In this document: positions 38,763-54,449 of the stretch, piece after piece
Layout: each line of letters begins with the position of its first letter
Position numbering within the stretch: the first letter of the stretch is position 1
NCBI GenBank assembly: GCA_964016885.1
Contig: OZ024750.1
Location: 22,196,001 to 22,260,000, forward strand
Direction of reading: 5' to 3'
Source of the DNA: Eledone cirrhosa
Lineage: Eukaryota
DNA: 64,000 nucleotides
Made by a program: the position numbers and the translations under genes
Notes under the pieces: generated by a model
Database searches by the model: none
The model's input: the letters and a program-made list of their open reading frames with translations, nothing else
What the model was told of the DNA's origin: nothing

Positions 38763-39113
38763 TACATATACATATACATACATATATACATATGTTTTTG
38801 AAAAACAAGATGGCGTAGGACAGAACAAAGGAGAGGCACAAAAACAAAGAAAAGAATCCCTAGTCACTGAAGAGGTCACAGAATGTGTGACGAAAGAACT
38901 TTGACAATATATAAACAATCATCTGGTTGTGGAACCAACCAACCAACCGGAAATTTATAAATTCATAAATTTATAAATTTATTATAATAAATTGAAGTGA
39001 AAGCAACTGATGCGTGTGTTTCTTATTGGCAACATGACCCTCCCAAAGTATAACAATATCGGTTTCAACACACGTTTTCAGATAAAGAATCTTGCTAAAC
39101 AAATTCAGAAACG

Positions 39114-39201
<88 letters not shown>

Positions 39202-39485
39202 ATATATATATGATATAAAAGATAAAAGATACAGAAGTGAAAACCAATCTAATCAAAGAGTGAGTAAGTTAGGGTCGGACGCCATGCTTTCCAGCATAGT
39301 TACGTCCCTTTACGATCTGAGTTCAAATCCCGCCGAGGTTGACTTTGCCTTTCATCCTTACGGGGTCGATAAAATAAAGTACCAGTAACGCACTGGGTAA
39401 TTGCTGGCCTTGTGCCTAAAGTAGAAACAATTATTATTTCTGGCAATATTATAACAATATGACCCTCCCCAAATATAACAATATA

Positions 39486-39575
<90 letters not shown>

Positions 39576-39654
39576 GAATGTAAACGAAATGTAAACGAAT
39601 ACAACAAACCCAAACCAACCAAGACCCCACACGAAATATAATTGCTCAGCTATA

Positions 39655-39820
39655 TACAACGTGCTTCTGCAGTTTCCGTCAACCAAATTTCATTCACAAG
39701 GCAAAGGTCAACCCGATGCTATAGTAGAAGACACTTGCCCCAAGGTGCTACGCGGTGGAAATGAACCGGAAACTAAGTGATTGCGTAGTGAAATCCTAAA
39801 CCCATTGCAATGCCTGCGTC
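39655..39820 (-). mobile_element. tRNA-derived SINE resembling a common Octopus family
   Basis: Minus strand ...CACCTTGGGGCAAGTGTCTTCTACTATAGC...GACGGAAACTG; diverged copy at ~23178-23330(+). Confidence 0.7.
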
Positions 39821-39859
39821 TAATTCTTCGCATTAAAACATTAAATTATATACAGCAGA

Positions 39860-40035
39860 AAATAGTAACCTAACAGAACAGCCGAATTCCCACTGTTATC
39901 GCCTCCATCCCTCTCGCCCTCACCACCTATCCGTATGGTGAGAAAATAGGGTCCCCCGTGCTGGCCTCCCCACAGCCCCGACGGACAGAATGGAGAAGGC
40001 GTTTCTCCGGAGGATGGTAAGGGAGATGAGCTGGA
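39860..40035 (-). mobile_element. CRE-clade retrotransposon 3' tip
   Basis: ISLTILRRNAFSILSVGAVGRPARG nearly identical to 58320-58420. Confidence 0.8.
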
Positions 40036-40074
40036 AAAAAACATTAAATGAATGAATGAATGAATACAACTTAC

Positions 40075-40437
40075 TTTCTGCGCATAGATATTCTGCTGTC
40101 ATATACTGAGTGGTCATACCAAACTTTGAAGTTGGACATTCGTCTATGTTTAACGCCCAATCAACTACAAACCAGCATTGAAATTTTCCGTAACATTTCC
40201 TGAATTTTTCTCCTGTGGGAATTAATGGTTTACCATAGTCAAAATAGCAGTCGTTTTCTTGGTCCCATTGACAACAGAGGTTGGTGTCCTTCGTTTCTGT
40301 ACAGTTCGTACTGTTTAGCTTACTGCCAAGTTTCAAAGAATTCAAGACAACTTCTTCGTTGTGGTTCTGACATTCTATTTCCAGGAGATGGTTAGTATTT
40401 ATGCCATAACATTGCGTACTGCTCAAAAATAGACTCC
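40075..40437 (-). CDS. Host gene exon 2 (363 nt, phase 1-1): SUEL/Gal-lectin-like domain
   Basis: TTTTCACAG acceptor, GTAAGT donor; Cys pattern LEIEC..VVLNSLKLG..C..CC..DC..CYGKFQC..C..YMTAEYLC. Confidence 0.88.
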
Positions 40438-42905
40438 CTGTGAAAAATAAAAAATTTAAAAAAAGAGAGAATATTTTAAGAAAATATGAAAGTTACGTTA
40501 GTTTTGGGATGAACAGAGGATTGGCAGTATCGGTAGAGGGTCGGACGCTATGCTTTGCAGCATAGAGGTATGTCCCTTTGCAGTCTGAGTTTAAATCCTG
40601 CCGAGGTTAACTTTGCCTTCTAACATTTAACTTCTCATCCTTTCTATAAAATGGTGACCTTGATGTGATCCATTCTATAGAAAGGATGAGAAGTTAAATA
40701 TTACCTATATCTTTTTATAACTGCAAGTTAAAATCTTCTAAGGATCTTGTTTTTTTACAAACGATATAAGAGAAATATACCTTAGTCGATGAGTTGGTTG
40801 CTTCTTATTGGTAGCGACATGCTTCTGACTTCCAGGATATAAATAAATATCTCTTTAACGATCAATCCTCTATAAATATGTTTATTGTTGAAAGGAATAT
40901 AGTAGGAGTCATTCTGTAATAATTCTTCATACTTCCGTAGTCATCTCCTTGTCCCTCATGTTCTGTGGTTTTTCACCAGAGAGAGAGTGACCATGTATTC
41001 ATACGCAATTTACCATTGGTCTGTTTAACCTTATTGCATATGAAAATGTTGCTATTACGAGGTACGACGTAGTTCCACTACACTTCCAACTGTTATATAT
41101 TTGCTGTTCTGCTGGATCGAAGTAGGAAGAATTAAAAGAATGCCTATGTCTGCTCGTGACTGCGTGGACACCTAAAACTCTTAGCGAAAGGACGGTACAT
41201 ACTATGTTGACGACTGCAACATCTTTCTATGTTTATGTTTATGTACGAGTATGTGTGAATGTATTTGTGCTATTGTCTGTATGAATATGTAAATATTTTT
41301 GTTTGGGTATGCACACACTGGCAATAATTTGACACAGGTATAACCTATGGCAGTTTTAAGGGCTTCCATGACTAATGGGAGGGAGAGAGGAAGTACCCTC
41401 AAAATGGAGACCTTGTTCGAATATTTGCAACAGAGTAGACTCCATTAAAGGCCCTCAAGTTTCAGATCGAGCGACAGATTAAGTCTACTACCTCAATACG
41501 GGACAGTAGGATTTGAACGTAAAGATCCACAATAAATACCACAAGGTATCTTGTTTAACACTCTAACGATTCCACTAAACCACAGTCCAGCACTGGTGCT
41601 TTTTTTATCGACCCCAGCTGAATTATTTAAAGACAGTTGCTAAGGCGTGCTGAGAAGACATGGCGGTTATGTGGATGAATGACTCGTTACTTAGCTACTT
41701 ATCGCCGTAGAACTTGTGATATATAGGAGAAAGGCAAAGCCTACACAAAGAATTGTTTGTAATTAAGATAATTGTTTCTACTTTTGGCACAAGGCCAGCA
41801 ATTACCCAGTGTATTACTGGTACTTTATTTTATCGACCCCGTAAGGATGAAAGGCAAAGTTAACCTCGGCGGGATTTGAACTCAGATCGTAAAGGGACGT
41901 AACTACGCTGGAAAGCATGTCTGACCCTCTACCAATACTGCCAAAGTGCTTTCCTCAATCGCATTGCTTGACTGAGTCGATTATCTAAATGGCAAGCACA
42001 GATACAAGACAGCGGGTCGACAGGAAGCTGCAGAGAGCTGCTGCTGGGACTCAATTATATTTGAGCTCGCCTAACGCATGCAGTGTAAGTACGTGGCTTA
42101 ATGGTTAGGGTGTCCGACTGACAATTGTAAGGTGTGACATTATGTTCTTCAACACGACACCTTATTTCACGTTGCTCCAGTCCATCCAGCTGGTAAAAAT
42201 GAGCTGTATCTATAATTCAAAGGGTCAGCCTTGTCGCCCATTATGTCACGTTGAATCTTCCTTAAAGCTATGTTAAGGGTACACGTGTCTGTGAGAGGTT
42301 CAATCACCTGCACGTTAATTTCGCGATCAAGCTGTTCGGTTGTTCGAAAAACTGGAACACTCGTCGTCGGAACTGGCGGAATACCAACGTACACAACTCA
42401 ACGCACACCCTCGACGAGTAGAAGGTTATTTAAGGCGGCTTTACTCGCCTTGTCACAAAAACCGCTTATGTAAGTGAAAAATGTATGACCGTCATAATAA
42501 CATTCTTGGATAATGCAAGTTACTATCGCTTAAGCCGCTTATGTAGTTGGGAAATGTTTGAATAGAATAATATATATTGTTCCCTTACAATATAGGGCCA
42601 TGTCAATGAGTTATTAGTGAGTCAAGGGAGTTTGTAAGAAATTCAAGGTGTAGGCGTAAACAAACAGTAGAAGGGATTAAGGGATTCCTATTGTGTGAGG
42701 GATTGTTGTTATATATATGTGTATGTGTGTGTGTGTATTAGGTGTGTATATGTGTGTATGTGTGTGTATTAGGTGTGGTTATACAACTGGGAATGGATTA
42801 GACGAGAGTTTCTTGTTAAGACATTAAGATTGCATATTTTTATTACAACACACTCGCATTGATGTAAGTGTAAATAATACATACATACATGCATATACAT
42901 ATATA

Positions 42906-42979
<74 letters not shown>

Positions 42980-42989
42980 CATACACGTA

Positions 42990-43049
<60 letters not shown>

Positions 43050-43155
43050 CGTATACATACATATATATATATATATATACATACACATATACATACACAT
43101 ATATACATACACATACATATATACATACACATATACATACATATATATATATATA

Positions 43156-43768
43156 TGGTGGCTGCCAACTCGTTTTCGAGTACGGCCACTACTTTATATC
43201 CATGTAGGAGAACCCCTACTGATGCGCTGAACGAGTGTGACTTTTTAGTCCAGCCAGCGACTTGAAAGCTCTGGTACAAACACTACACTTGTGACAATTA
43301 TTGACACATAGTGCTGGGCCCATGGTACCATGTGACGACAAATGCAGAGAGATCTCCAGATATAAAGCAATGCCTGTGCCGTGAAGCTTTTATAGTGAGC
43401 AAAGGCACTGCACAAAGCCAGTCCCACTCTCTTAACCAAGATGATATTTACCAAAAAGAAGAACAAGTCAACATCATTGGATACCATCAGGGTTGCAGGT
43501 GTTATATCAGAGTTTTCCTTCTCCTAGAATTCTGCCTTGACAAAGGCTAAGGGGTCATCTCTCCCGGTGATTTTGGATGGCCATTGACTCTTAAGAGCTC
43601 CTTTGCCTTTTGACAGGTTTTGTTTTTAGTCCTGCAGGATGTCCAAAGTCACCCTCCTCACCAAGAAACCTTGGTGGGGTTGCCAGTTTAGTCGCCAACG
43701 ACCCGACCATGGGACAGGTTGTACTGGAATACATGTTACCAGTAGCACCAACTGGTGACCTGACATAA
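43156..43768 (-). mobile_element. Second copy of the 11662-12232 repeat
   Basis: Direct alignment; carries a ~23-nt insertion near 43585 relative to the first copy; in (TA)n. Confidence 0.85.
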
Positions 43769-43879
43769 GATAGATACACATCTACATACACATATATACA
43801 TATATATACATACACATATATACATATATATATATATATACATACACATATACATACACATATATGTATACATATATAT

Positions 43880-44730
43880 GCTTAGTGTGGTGCCGAATGG
43901 CACGAGGACCCGTTGGTTCAATCAAGAGATCAAAGATGCAAAGAAGGAGGCCTACAAATCTTGGCTTGGAAACACTTGCGGTACAAGCAGGCACGAAAAT
44001 CGCGTCCAAAGTTAAGACATAGGAGGACTTTGGTGTTGAGCTGGAATCCGACTTCAGATCAGCACATAAAGTGTTCTGGCAGACCATCCGCCGACCTCGT
44101 AATAAGAAGCTCTCCTCCACACCTGCTATCAAGAACGCATCTGAGGTTCCCCTCTCTTCAGAGAAGTGCATCCTCGCGATGTGGAGAGAATACTTTGCTG
44201 ATCTCCTAAACTCAATCACAACAGCATTTTCTAATGTACACGAGGTGCATCTGTGAACAGTGACTAATCTCTCAGAGGCTGAGGCCACAAGAGCAGTTCA
44301 AGAATTCAAATGTGGCAAGGCCGCTGGGGAAGATGAAATCTGTCCCTAGATGTTAAAAACCTTAAATAAAGAAGGTATTCTCTTGCTGACTCGAGTGTGC
44401 TATATTTACTCTCACATATGATCACGATGTTTAATAGATATTTATTTATAGTGTTTTAAGATATGATTTGTTTTCTTAATTTGTTTTCTTCATTTTTTTT
44501 TCTTCATTTTTTTTCCTTGATTTTTTTGTGAAACAAAAGTGAGAAGCCATCCATAAAAACGGCGACTGATCTGGAATGACTAAAAATTGCCTTTGTTATT
44601 TCTTTTTTTTTTTTTAAAGTTTATATTTTTTTTAAATTGTGACTGTTTCGGGTTAACAGATGAAAAAGTGAAGTCAATAGTTATATTGTGTTTAGTCTTA
44701 TCTTTAGTGGATTTGGTAATGAGTATGTAT

Positions 44731-44775
<45 letters not shown>

Positions 44776-45098
44776 AGAGAGAGAGGGGGAGAGGAAGAGA
44801 GAGAACTTTGATAGTTTTCGGCGTGTTCTAAAACCATGCCTGACTTAATAGCATCAATGGCATAGTTATCAGAATAATGTTTAATATTTAAGTCTGTGAA
44901 CAGTGACTAATCTCTGAGAGGCTAAGGCCACGAGAGCAGTTCAAGAGCTCAAATGTGGCAAGGCCGCTGAGGAAGATGAAATCCGTCCTAAGATGTTAAT
45001 AACCTTAAATAAAAAAGGTATTCTCTGGCTGACTCGTGTGTGTTGGTGTGGGTGGCCTGGATCTCTGGGAAGGCACCTAAGCAGTGGCAATTGGGAGT
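43880..45098 (+). pseudogene. Decayed RTE (Expander/Rex3-like) ORF fragment 43880-44400 with partial duplicate 44894-45098
   Basis: VFWQTIRR..WREYFADLLN..KCGKAAGEDEI.P.MLK.L..G..LTRVC with in-frame stops. Confidence 0.8.
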
Positions 45099-45429
45099 GT
45101 TTGTGTGTGTGCGTTTGTGTGTGTGAGAATATATATACATATGTGTATATATGTAGAGAGAGAGGGGAGATAGAGAGGGAAGAGGAAGAGAGAAAACTTG
45201 CCTGACTTAATAGCATCGCCTGGCTTAGTTATCAGAATCATGTTTAATATTTAAGTCATACTTTGAACACCGTGTCTCACTCTAGTAAAGAGTTGTAATT
45301 GGTGGAAACATATCCGGGTGGGTTATGTGGAATATGTTGGAAGAATTTGTCCAGGAACCATTTTAATATATATTATATAGATATAGATATAGATATAGAT
45401 GTATATACATTTAAGCACATAGATAGATA

Positions 45430-45880
45430 TGTTTCTTTTATTTGCCACCAGGGCATCAAAAGTGGGACAAGTACAATGGGGGGAGTTTACAAAACAAGGC
45501 GTCCTCAATAAGGAGGAGGCAATATCAATATATAAAAATAAAATAAAATATAACAAAAAATAAAATTTATAACAAAGTCCTCAATAGAGAGGAGGCGCCT
45601 TGGGGGGTCGCACACACCCCCGAAAAAAGTGTGCAACCCTTCTCCTCAGGAGCACAGAGAAGGGGTGCTCCCTTGGTCTTTCATCTTCCTCACCTATAGT
45701 CTGATGTAGAGTGAAGGCCCATTCACACGGGCCATTCTCGCCACTTTCACCCATCTTTCATAGAAACGGCTGGGGTGCAGCACCTCTCTCTCCATCCTGA
45801 TCCTTCTTCCGAAATGATATCGGAAGAAACGGACAAATGAATGTTGAGAGAGAGGCATCGGTGGTGCAACCGTCAGCGTG
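45430..45880 (-). mobile_element. Tx1/L1-like ORF2 C-terminus and 3' UTR fragment
   Basis: FVRFFRYHFGRRIRMEREVLHPSRFYERWVKV..stop, then a UTR ending AATAAAAG. Confidence 0.55.
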
Positions 45881-46125
45881 ATTGACTTCCAAACAGTCGG
45901 GCCTTATTCAATTCTCGGCTGATGCATCAATTAATATATTTTTTTTTTAGGTAGAGCCTCCAACTTGACTACAATTTAATGACTGGGACCAGTAAATATA
46001 TATACTGGTCGTGTAGTATCCATTGAAAAGCATCAGACCAGTAATTCTCTTCACCCTGGCGGTTTCTGTCCCTTATGATTTGAACGCATATAGTTATATA
46101 TCTGTGTTCGTCTCTCTTTACTGTG

Positions 46126-46692
<567 letters not shown>

Positions 46693-47429
46693 AGTGGAAG
46701 CTTAGTAAAATCGAAGCTTTGGCTGTGGCCAAGCAAAGTCGACCTATAATAGGAATGAGTTAGCAAAGCTCTCAATAAGGGTAGGGCCTTAGAGTAATAA
46801 CATACGTTTAAATAGCTTGACAAATTCAACATTGCGGTAGGCAAAACCCAACTACACAATACCAGGGTAACGGTGTGAGCGTGTACATATATATACGTAA
46901 ATGCATATATAATATCATCATCATTTCATTTTACGTCCGCTTTTTCCCTGCTTGCAAGGGTGGGATGGGAACTGATTCTGGCTTGATTTCTACAGCTGGA
47001 TGCCCTTCCTAATACCAACCTCATTTACAGTGAGTGCTGGGTGCTTTTTTGCCGTGGCACCTCCACGACCACTTTGCAGTGGAATGATATGGACCCCAGT
47101 CCCTATCATCTCATTTCTACAGCTGAGTAAACTGGAGCAATGTGAAATAAAGTGTCTTGCTCAAGGAAACAACACATCACCTGGTCTGAGAATTGAACTC
47201 ACAATCTTTCGATTGCAAGACCAATGCTCTAACCACTAAGCCATGTGTATATAAATATATATTTAATACATTAACAGAGAAAGCTTTAAGCAATACTCCG
47301 ACCGGCTTCCGTCTCACTCAACAAACATTAGGATATACCTTAGTATAATCCCAATTATACGTTTGGGGTGCTAACTATACGTATTTTGCGGATAGCCAGT
47401 TGTATTATTTTATATGAGACATAATTAAA

Positions 47430-47460
<31 letters not shown>

Positions 47461-47673
47461 TGCGTGTGTATGAAAATTGACTATAGTATCCTTATAGACG
47501 GAAAAGAGTGGACAGAGATTCTTAAGAGGAAACGAACTCCTTTTAAATATATATATATATGCAGGCGAACGAAACGGCAAGAGCTCAGCCGTCGAGCCCT
47601 GACTCTCTACTATATATAAATATATATATATATATATATTTTTTTCAAAGAGAAGATTGACTTCACTGCTGGG

Positions 47674-47784
47674 TAGTGTTCTTTAATAATTCAAATATCT
47701 TTTACAATAAGTTGTTATTGATATTAGTTAGGGTTAATATCAATAACAGCTTTCAGTAAAAATTTGAATTATTAAAGAACACTA
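47674..47784. repeat. Diverged ~110-bp palindrome
   Basis: TAGTGTTCTTTAATAATTCAAAT...ATTTGAATTATTAAAGAACACTA. Confidence 0.75.
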
Positions 47785-47904
47785 ACCATATATATATTGT
47801 TATACTTGGGGAGGGTCATATTTGTGTAATAATATTGCCAGAATTAATAACAGAACACACTCACTGTGTATATGTATATATATGTATGTATGTATCTCTT
47901 TCTC

Positions 47905-48236
47905 TTAATTTCGAGTATATTTTTTTGACCGGCCACCTTCCTGGTGGCAAGGTTGTAAAAGAAAAGAAATTGTCATCCCTTGAATCGCAAGAATGTTTTG
48001 CAAATTTTGAAGGTGCCAGCTATCGCAGCCATTTGTAGACTATGAATTAGGGAGCTGCGCTTTTTGTCCGCAAATCCAAGTTCAGTCATACTTTGGTCCA
48101 AGCGGGTTGGTATATAACCTGTAGCTCCAATAATGATGGGTATGAAGCTAAAGGTGTATCTTGGATACTGGATTTGTAAACTCCTCATCAATGGTCCGTA
48201 GATGTCCTCCTTCTCCTGTATTTTTCTGACAACGTT
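47905..48236 (-). mobile_element. 5'-truncated REL non-LTR 3' end, related to 23702-24052
   Basis: LQIQYPRYTFSFIPIIIGATG..SLQMAAIAGTFKICKTF; flanked by (TATG)n on both sides. Confidence 0.8.
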
Positions 48237-48876
48237 TATGTATGTATGTATGTATGTATGTATGTATGTATGTATGTATGTATGTATGTATGTATGTAGG
48301 TATGCACAGTATGTATGTATGTATGCACAGTCTTACCTCACTTTAAAAAATATCTTCACGCACAGGCATTGCACTATGGAGTTAATTGATAGTTATTAAT
48401 AATAGTATATCGTGCAATGGTCATACTCGATAACGAGGGGACAGCCATCATCATCTGTATATGTATGTATCTACATATGTATGTATGTATATATATATAT
48501 TTATCTATATATGTATGTATGTATCTGTATATGTATCTATCTATGTATGTATGTATCTATATATATATATATATGTATGTATATATATATATGTATGTGT
48601 GTATGAATGTATATATATGTATGTATGTATATATATATACATATAAAAGCTTCACGGCACAGGCATTGCTTTATATCTGGAGATCTCTCTGCCCTTGTCG
48701 TCACATGGTACCATGGGCCCAGCACTATGTGTCAATAATTATCACAAGTGTAGTGTTTGTACCAGAGTTTTCAAGTCGCTGGCTGGACTAAAAAGTTCTC
48801 CTACATGGATATAAAGTACTGGCCGTACTCGAAAACGAGTTGGCAGCCACCATGTATGTATGTAAAAGGTAAACAG

Positions 48877-48938
<62 letters not shown>

Positions 48939-49025
48939 ATAATAAATGTGAAGACAAAAATCCGAAGAGGGCTCGATAAGGGTGAAAGCAGCGATTCTTT
49001 GCTTTTTAATCTATTCTTATAATAA

Positions 49026-49059
<34 letters not shown>

Positions 49060-49066
49060 GTATATA

Positions 49067-49240
<174 letters not shown>

Positions 49241-49243
49241 TAC

Positions 49244-49337
<94 letters not shown>

Positions 49338-49341
<4 letters not shown>

Positions 49342-49522
49342 TTCTACAGGACTAGAACTGTTTCATTCTTTAGAAATCATCAAGAATTCCTGATGATTTC
49401 TAAAGAATGAAACAGTTCTAGTCCTGTAGAATCTCATCTATATTAAAACTTTTATACTCTGTTATGTATTGAGTACCTTACTTTCTGTGGTTACCTCCGA
49501 TTCAACCCGGAATTACTTACTT
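49338..49522 (+). mobile_element. Fold-back element: ~100-bp palindrome, minimal hammerhead core, tail
   Basis: CUGAUGA-U-UUC-UAAA-GAA-U-GAAA-CAGUU at 49390; TGAGTACC at 49470; in (TA)n. Confidence 0.7.
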
Positions 49523-49530
49523 ATATATAT

Positions 49531-49617
<87 letters not shown>

Positions 49618-50842
49618 TACGTGTGTATGTGTGTTATGTTGAAAACATGGCTGTGCCCAGGTTTCATCATTTTTATTACGGATTTTTCACATTTTTTTTA
49701 TTTCCTTATTAGTTATGTATGATTTAGTTAGGGACAATAAGGAAATAGGAAATAACTAATAAGGAATTAATAAATAAATAAAAAAAGGTTCAAACTCGAA
49801 CATAGTTGTTCCCTACTTATAAAAATATGTGTTTGTGTATGGGGGTTTATGGTAGGTGGTATATTGAGCGTGTGTACATTATTGCTGTTGTTCTCTAGCC
49901 CGAGGTCAGCCCTAATCCAGCAAATATATTAATAATAAAGGTGTCCCTCTGACGGCTGTCCCGTCTTCTTTTGTTCGGGCATAAGGTATTTAGGATTACA
50001 TTATACAATGGGTTGCTTCTTTTGGGGCCTTTTTTTTTTTTTTTTTTTTTTTATGAAGGCAGTAGGGTGTTTCTATTTTTCAAATGTCAATTAAGTACGT
50101 AGAACAGTGGTTCCCAACCTGAGGTCAGCGGGCCCCTGGGAGTTTGCAAAGTTAGTAGATGAGGTCCCTGAGCTAAATCCAAAATACATACTATGGGGTA
50201 GCCCTTTTTTCTCTAAGTATAAATATTTCTGTCTTTTGACTGTTATTCTCACTGTCAAACAATTTTAGCTCCGCAAAGGTAAAACAGTGGAGGCGCATGG
50301 CCTAGTGGTAAGGGTGTTGGACTTACGATCATAATGTCGTGAGTTCGATTCCTGGACTGAGTTGTGAGTTATGTTCTTGAGCAAAACATTTAATTTTACG
50401 TTGATCCAGTATACTCGGCTGAAAATAAATACTAGTAATAGCTGGGAGTTTAACCTGCGATGGACTAGCGTCCTGTCCAGAAAGGAGTCTTGTACTCTCA
50501 GTATAAGCATTTCTCTCTTTGCAAACGTAGTATCTGAAGTTCGTGAGCTAAATCCAAATTTCAAGTACTTTATATAAAAAATAATATATATAATATATAT
50601 AATTATCAAGTATATTCTTTAAAAGAATGACATTTAATTATAGGGGTTTGACTGTTGTTTCTAACAGTTCGATTGAACAAGACATTAAGTATTGCATCTC
50701 ATTAGCTCATTCTGTGCTTGGGGGTGAGGTATAAACCACTGGGTGCGTTTCATGAAAAAATAATCAAGGTAAACATTACTTTATAGAAAAACTATATACT
50801 TAATTATCTAACATGGTTTCATAGACTCATTATCAATGTATT

Positions 50843-50875
<33 letters not shown>

Positions 50876-51001
50876 GGACCTCCGTCGGTTCCGTTGACGA
50901 ACGTTCCAACACACACATACACACACAGACTCACACACTCTCACACTGATACACACACACTCACATACGCACATACACACACACTCACATACACACACAC
51001 A

Positions 51002-51035
<34 letters not shown>

Positions 51036-51239
51036 CACACTCTCACACTGACACACATACACTCACATACACACACACACACACACTCACACATACACAC
51101 GCACACTCACACACACTCATACTGACACACATACACACTCCCACACACACTCCCACACACACACTCCCACACCCACACACACACACTCCCACACACACAC
51201 ACTCCCACACACACTCACACACACACACACATTCATACT

Positions 51240-51278
<39 letters not shown>

Positions 51279-51383
51279 ACACACACACACACATCACACA
51301 CCTGAGCTATTTATTTCATGATATATCAGTGATGTAAAAAGTATCATTAAAAAAATAATTAATAAAGTCGTTGTTTGTCTTAC

Positions 51384-51453
51384 CTTCAACCTTAAACTGC
51401 AGGAAAATGACTGCAAATGTCCAGAAGATGTGATAAAGAAAAGTTCTGGACAT
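51384..51453 (-). CDS. Host gene exon 1: signal peptide
   Basis: AAAGATG start; MSRTFLYHIFWTFAVIFLQFKVE-G then GTAAGA donor, phase 1 matching exon 2. Confidence 0.78.
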
Positions 51454-51584
51454 CTTTATAAAATACTCCTAGATTACCGTAGCCTGTCTCCTCGTGTGTC
51501 TTCTCTCTGTGTAATATCTGTGATAAAACTGCTCGGCAACCAAATTAGTAATAATGAGATAATCAAAGTGATGACAGAGACGAT

Positions 51585-52140
51585 GGTGGTGTGGTGGTGC
51601 TGGTGCTGGTGCTGGTGGTGGTGGTGGTGGTGGTGGTGGTGGTGGTAGTGGTGGTAGTGGTGGTGGTGGTGGTGGTGGTGGTGGTGGTGGTGGTGGTGGT
51701 GGTGGTGGTGGTGATTGTGTTGGTGGTGATTGTGTTGGTGGTAATAGTGTTTGTGGTGGTGGTGGTGGTGGCGTTGGCGGCAGAGGCGGTGATTGTGATG
51801 ATGGTGGTGGTGGTGGTGGTGGTGGTGGTGGTGATTGTGTTGGTGGTAATAGTGTTTGTGGTGGTGGTGGTGGTGGCGTTGGCGGCAGAGGCGGTGATTG
51901 TGATGATGGTGGTGGTGGTGGTGGTGGTGGTGGTGGTGATTGGGTTGGTGGTAATAGTGTTTGTGGTGGTGGTGGTGGCGTTGGCGGTAGAGGCGGCGAT
52001 TGTGATGATGATGGTGGTGGTGGTGGTGGCGGTGATTGTGATGGTGGTGATAGTGGTTGTGGTGGTGGCGGCTGTGATGGTGGTGATAATGGTTGTGGTA
52101 GTGGTTGTGGTGGTGGCGGTGGTGGTTGTGGTGAGGAGGA
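51585..52140. repeat. (GGT)n-derived tract with ~100-bp higher-order repeats
   Basis: GTGATTGTGTTGGTGGTAATAGTGTTTG..GGCGTTGGCGGCAGAGGCGG recurs three times; similar (GGT)n tracts at 33940-34180 and 61872-62062. Confidence 0.9.
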
Positions 52141-52209
52141 GGAGTTATTACCACCACAGGTGATAAAAGAACTCCACAAAGGAAATTACTTTAAATACCT
52201 ATGTATGCG

Positions 52210-52328
<119 letters not shown>

Positions 52329-54449
52329 CTATAAATATATAATTCACACTCTCTCTCTCTCTATATATGTATATATATATATATATATACACACACTTAT
52401 ATATACATACATATATAAATACATATATACATATATATAGAGAGAGAGAAAGAGAAAGAGGGGGAGACAGACAGATAGGCAGATAGACAGCCATATGTCA
52501 CAATGTAATGCCTCTGATTCAGTTCAGCCATCTTTAATCCAGTAAGCATCTCACAACCCTCACACCTCTAGCTTTCCCTTTCATTTCAAGGCTCTCACCT
52601 CACGCTATTCACCAAATCTCTTCTTCTTCTTCTTCTTCTTCTTCTTCTTCTTCTTCTTCTTCTTCTTCTTCTTCTTCTTCTTCTTCTTCTTCTTCTTCTT
52701 CTTCTTCTTCTTCTTCTTCTTCTTCTTCTTCTTCTTCTACCTTCTACTTCCACCACCTCCTCCTCCTTCTATAGACTCAATAATTCCTTCAAACCCTCTC
52801 ATTTACAGCTTTCTTCCATTGTTTCATTATTTCAATCTTTGTTACTCTTGTATTTTATGTGAGTGCTGTTTTGATTGTTTGTTGGGGGTTTTTTTCTGGC
52901 CAGAATATGGATATTTATTTATTTTGTTTTATGTCTGTATTAGTTTCTAACAAGAAACGTTAGTTTCTAACCCTGCAGGACAAAAAACAAAACCTGACAA
53001 AGGGCGGAAGAACTCATACGAGTCAACAGCCATCTAAAATAATAAAAAAAATATAAAAATCCTGCCAAATCAATGGGTGGCAGTAGTTCCAGCTGCACAC
53101 ATCGAAAGACTGGTGTAGTGGTTCTGAGAACAATGAGGCTTTGCAGATGATCAATGCAAGATTGACAATGGAAAAGCGCTCCCGCTCGAGTTAGAAGACA
53201 ACTATTGACCTTCAGGAGAAGCAGCGACCCCTGATTCTATTCAGCAACCGAAACAAATATGAAGTACACCAAATCCAATACTTCTAGAGGTGGCCCTGGG
53301 TCTTCTTATTTGCGAGTATAACTCGGCCAGATTAGATTAGATTAGATTGTATTAGAGAATTCGTGTCACCAATAACAACGACAATAGCGTTGAATGCATT
53401 TAATTTTTGTGGGTCTGGGATTGATATGCAATATATACCAGAATTACCTCATATATGAACAATCATAAAAACTGTGAAATTTGCCGTTTTGATAAATTAT
53501 CGGTTTGCAAAAGAGAAACCCTATAGTTCATGTTGAATACTGACACGTGGAAGTGATTAAAGATAAGATTGGTATTTTCATAATTTATTTCTAGGCTACA
53601 GTTATATGTTCAGCATATATGTACAAATGACATACAGGATTAAATTATGTAAAATCCAATTCCATGTGTATGCCTACCCATACCTAAGACCATGAATGGA
53701 TCTTGCGTAATGACCGAAAGAATATGATCGCAAAAACAAACGTCCGAAATGGGGTTCCCCGAAAGGTCTTTAGAGTAATATTACTTGGTACGGTGCGTAA
53801 CTGGGAGATCGTGGATTCGATTCCTGGACTGGGTTGTGTATTGTGTTCTTGAACAAAACACTTCATTTTACGTTGTTCCAATATACTCAGCTGAACATGA
53901 GTACCAGCAATAGCTGGGGGTTTAACCCTACAATGGATTGGCGCCCTGTTCAGGATGGTGGGGGAGGGAAGGAGGTATTGTACTCTCAGTTGCTTCACGC
54001 CGCTGAAATCGAGATAAACACCTGTCTGATGAGCCACCGGGTACGAGACAGACTTTTAGGCTGAGATGTTAAAAATACCTGGCGAAATCTCTTCAGTGTC
54101 TTTGGGCGAGACACCTTATTTCACGTTGCTCCAGTCTACTAACACAAATGAACTGTGCCTTTAATTCAGAGAGCCAATCTTGTCACATATTGTGTCATAC
54201 TGAACTTCCTAGAGAATTATGTTTAGAGAATACGTGTCCGCAGAATGCTCAGTCACTTACACGATAATTTCACGTGCAGGCTGTTTCTTTGATCAAATAA
54301 CTGGAACACTCTTCGTCGACTGAATAAATAAAATAAACACTACTGAATAAATAAAACTTCTTTTTTTGCATATAACTGAATATATATATATATATAATAT
54401 AATAAAATAACAGGAGGCTGGACTTGTGTAAATCCTTGAAAGGTTTATT

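Noticed and set aside
39920-40426. 168-aa ORF as a single protein
   Set aside because: Chimera of host exon 2 read through its donor site into a CRE retroelement tip.
51469-52179. Pro-rich (extensin-like) and His-rich ORFs; also 33831-34216 and 61778-62206
   Set aside because: (GGT/ACC)n tracts open in most frames, with no splice or domain support.
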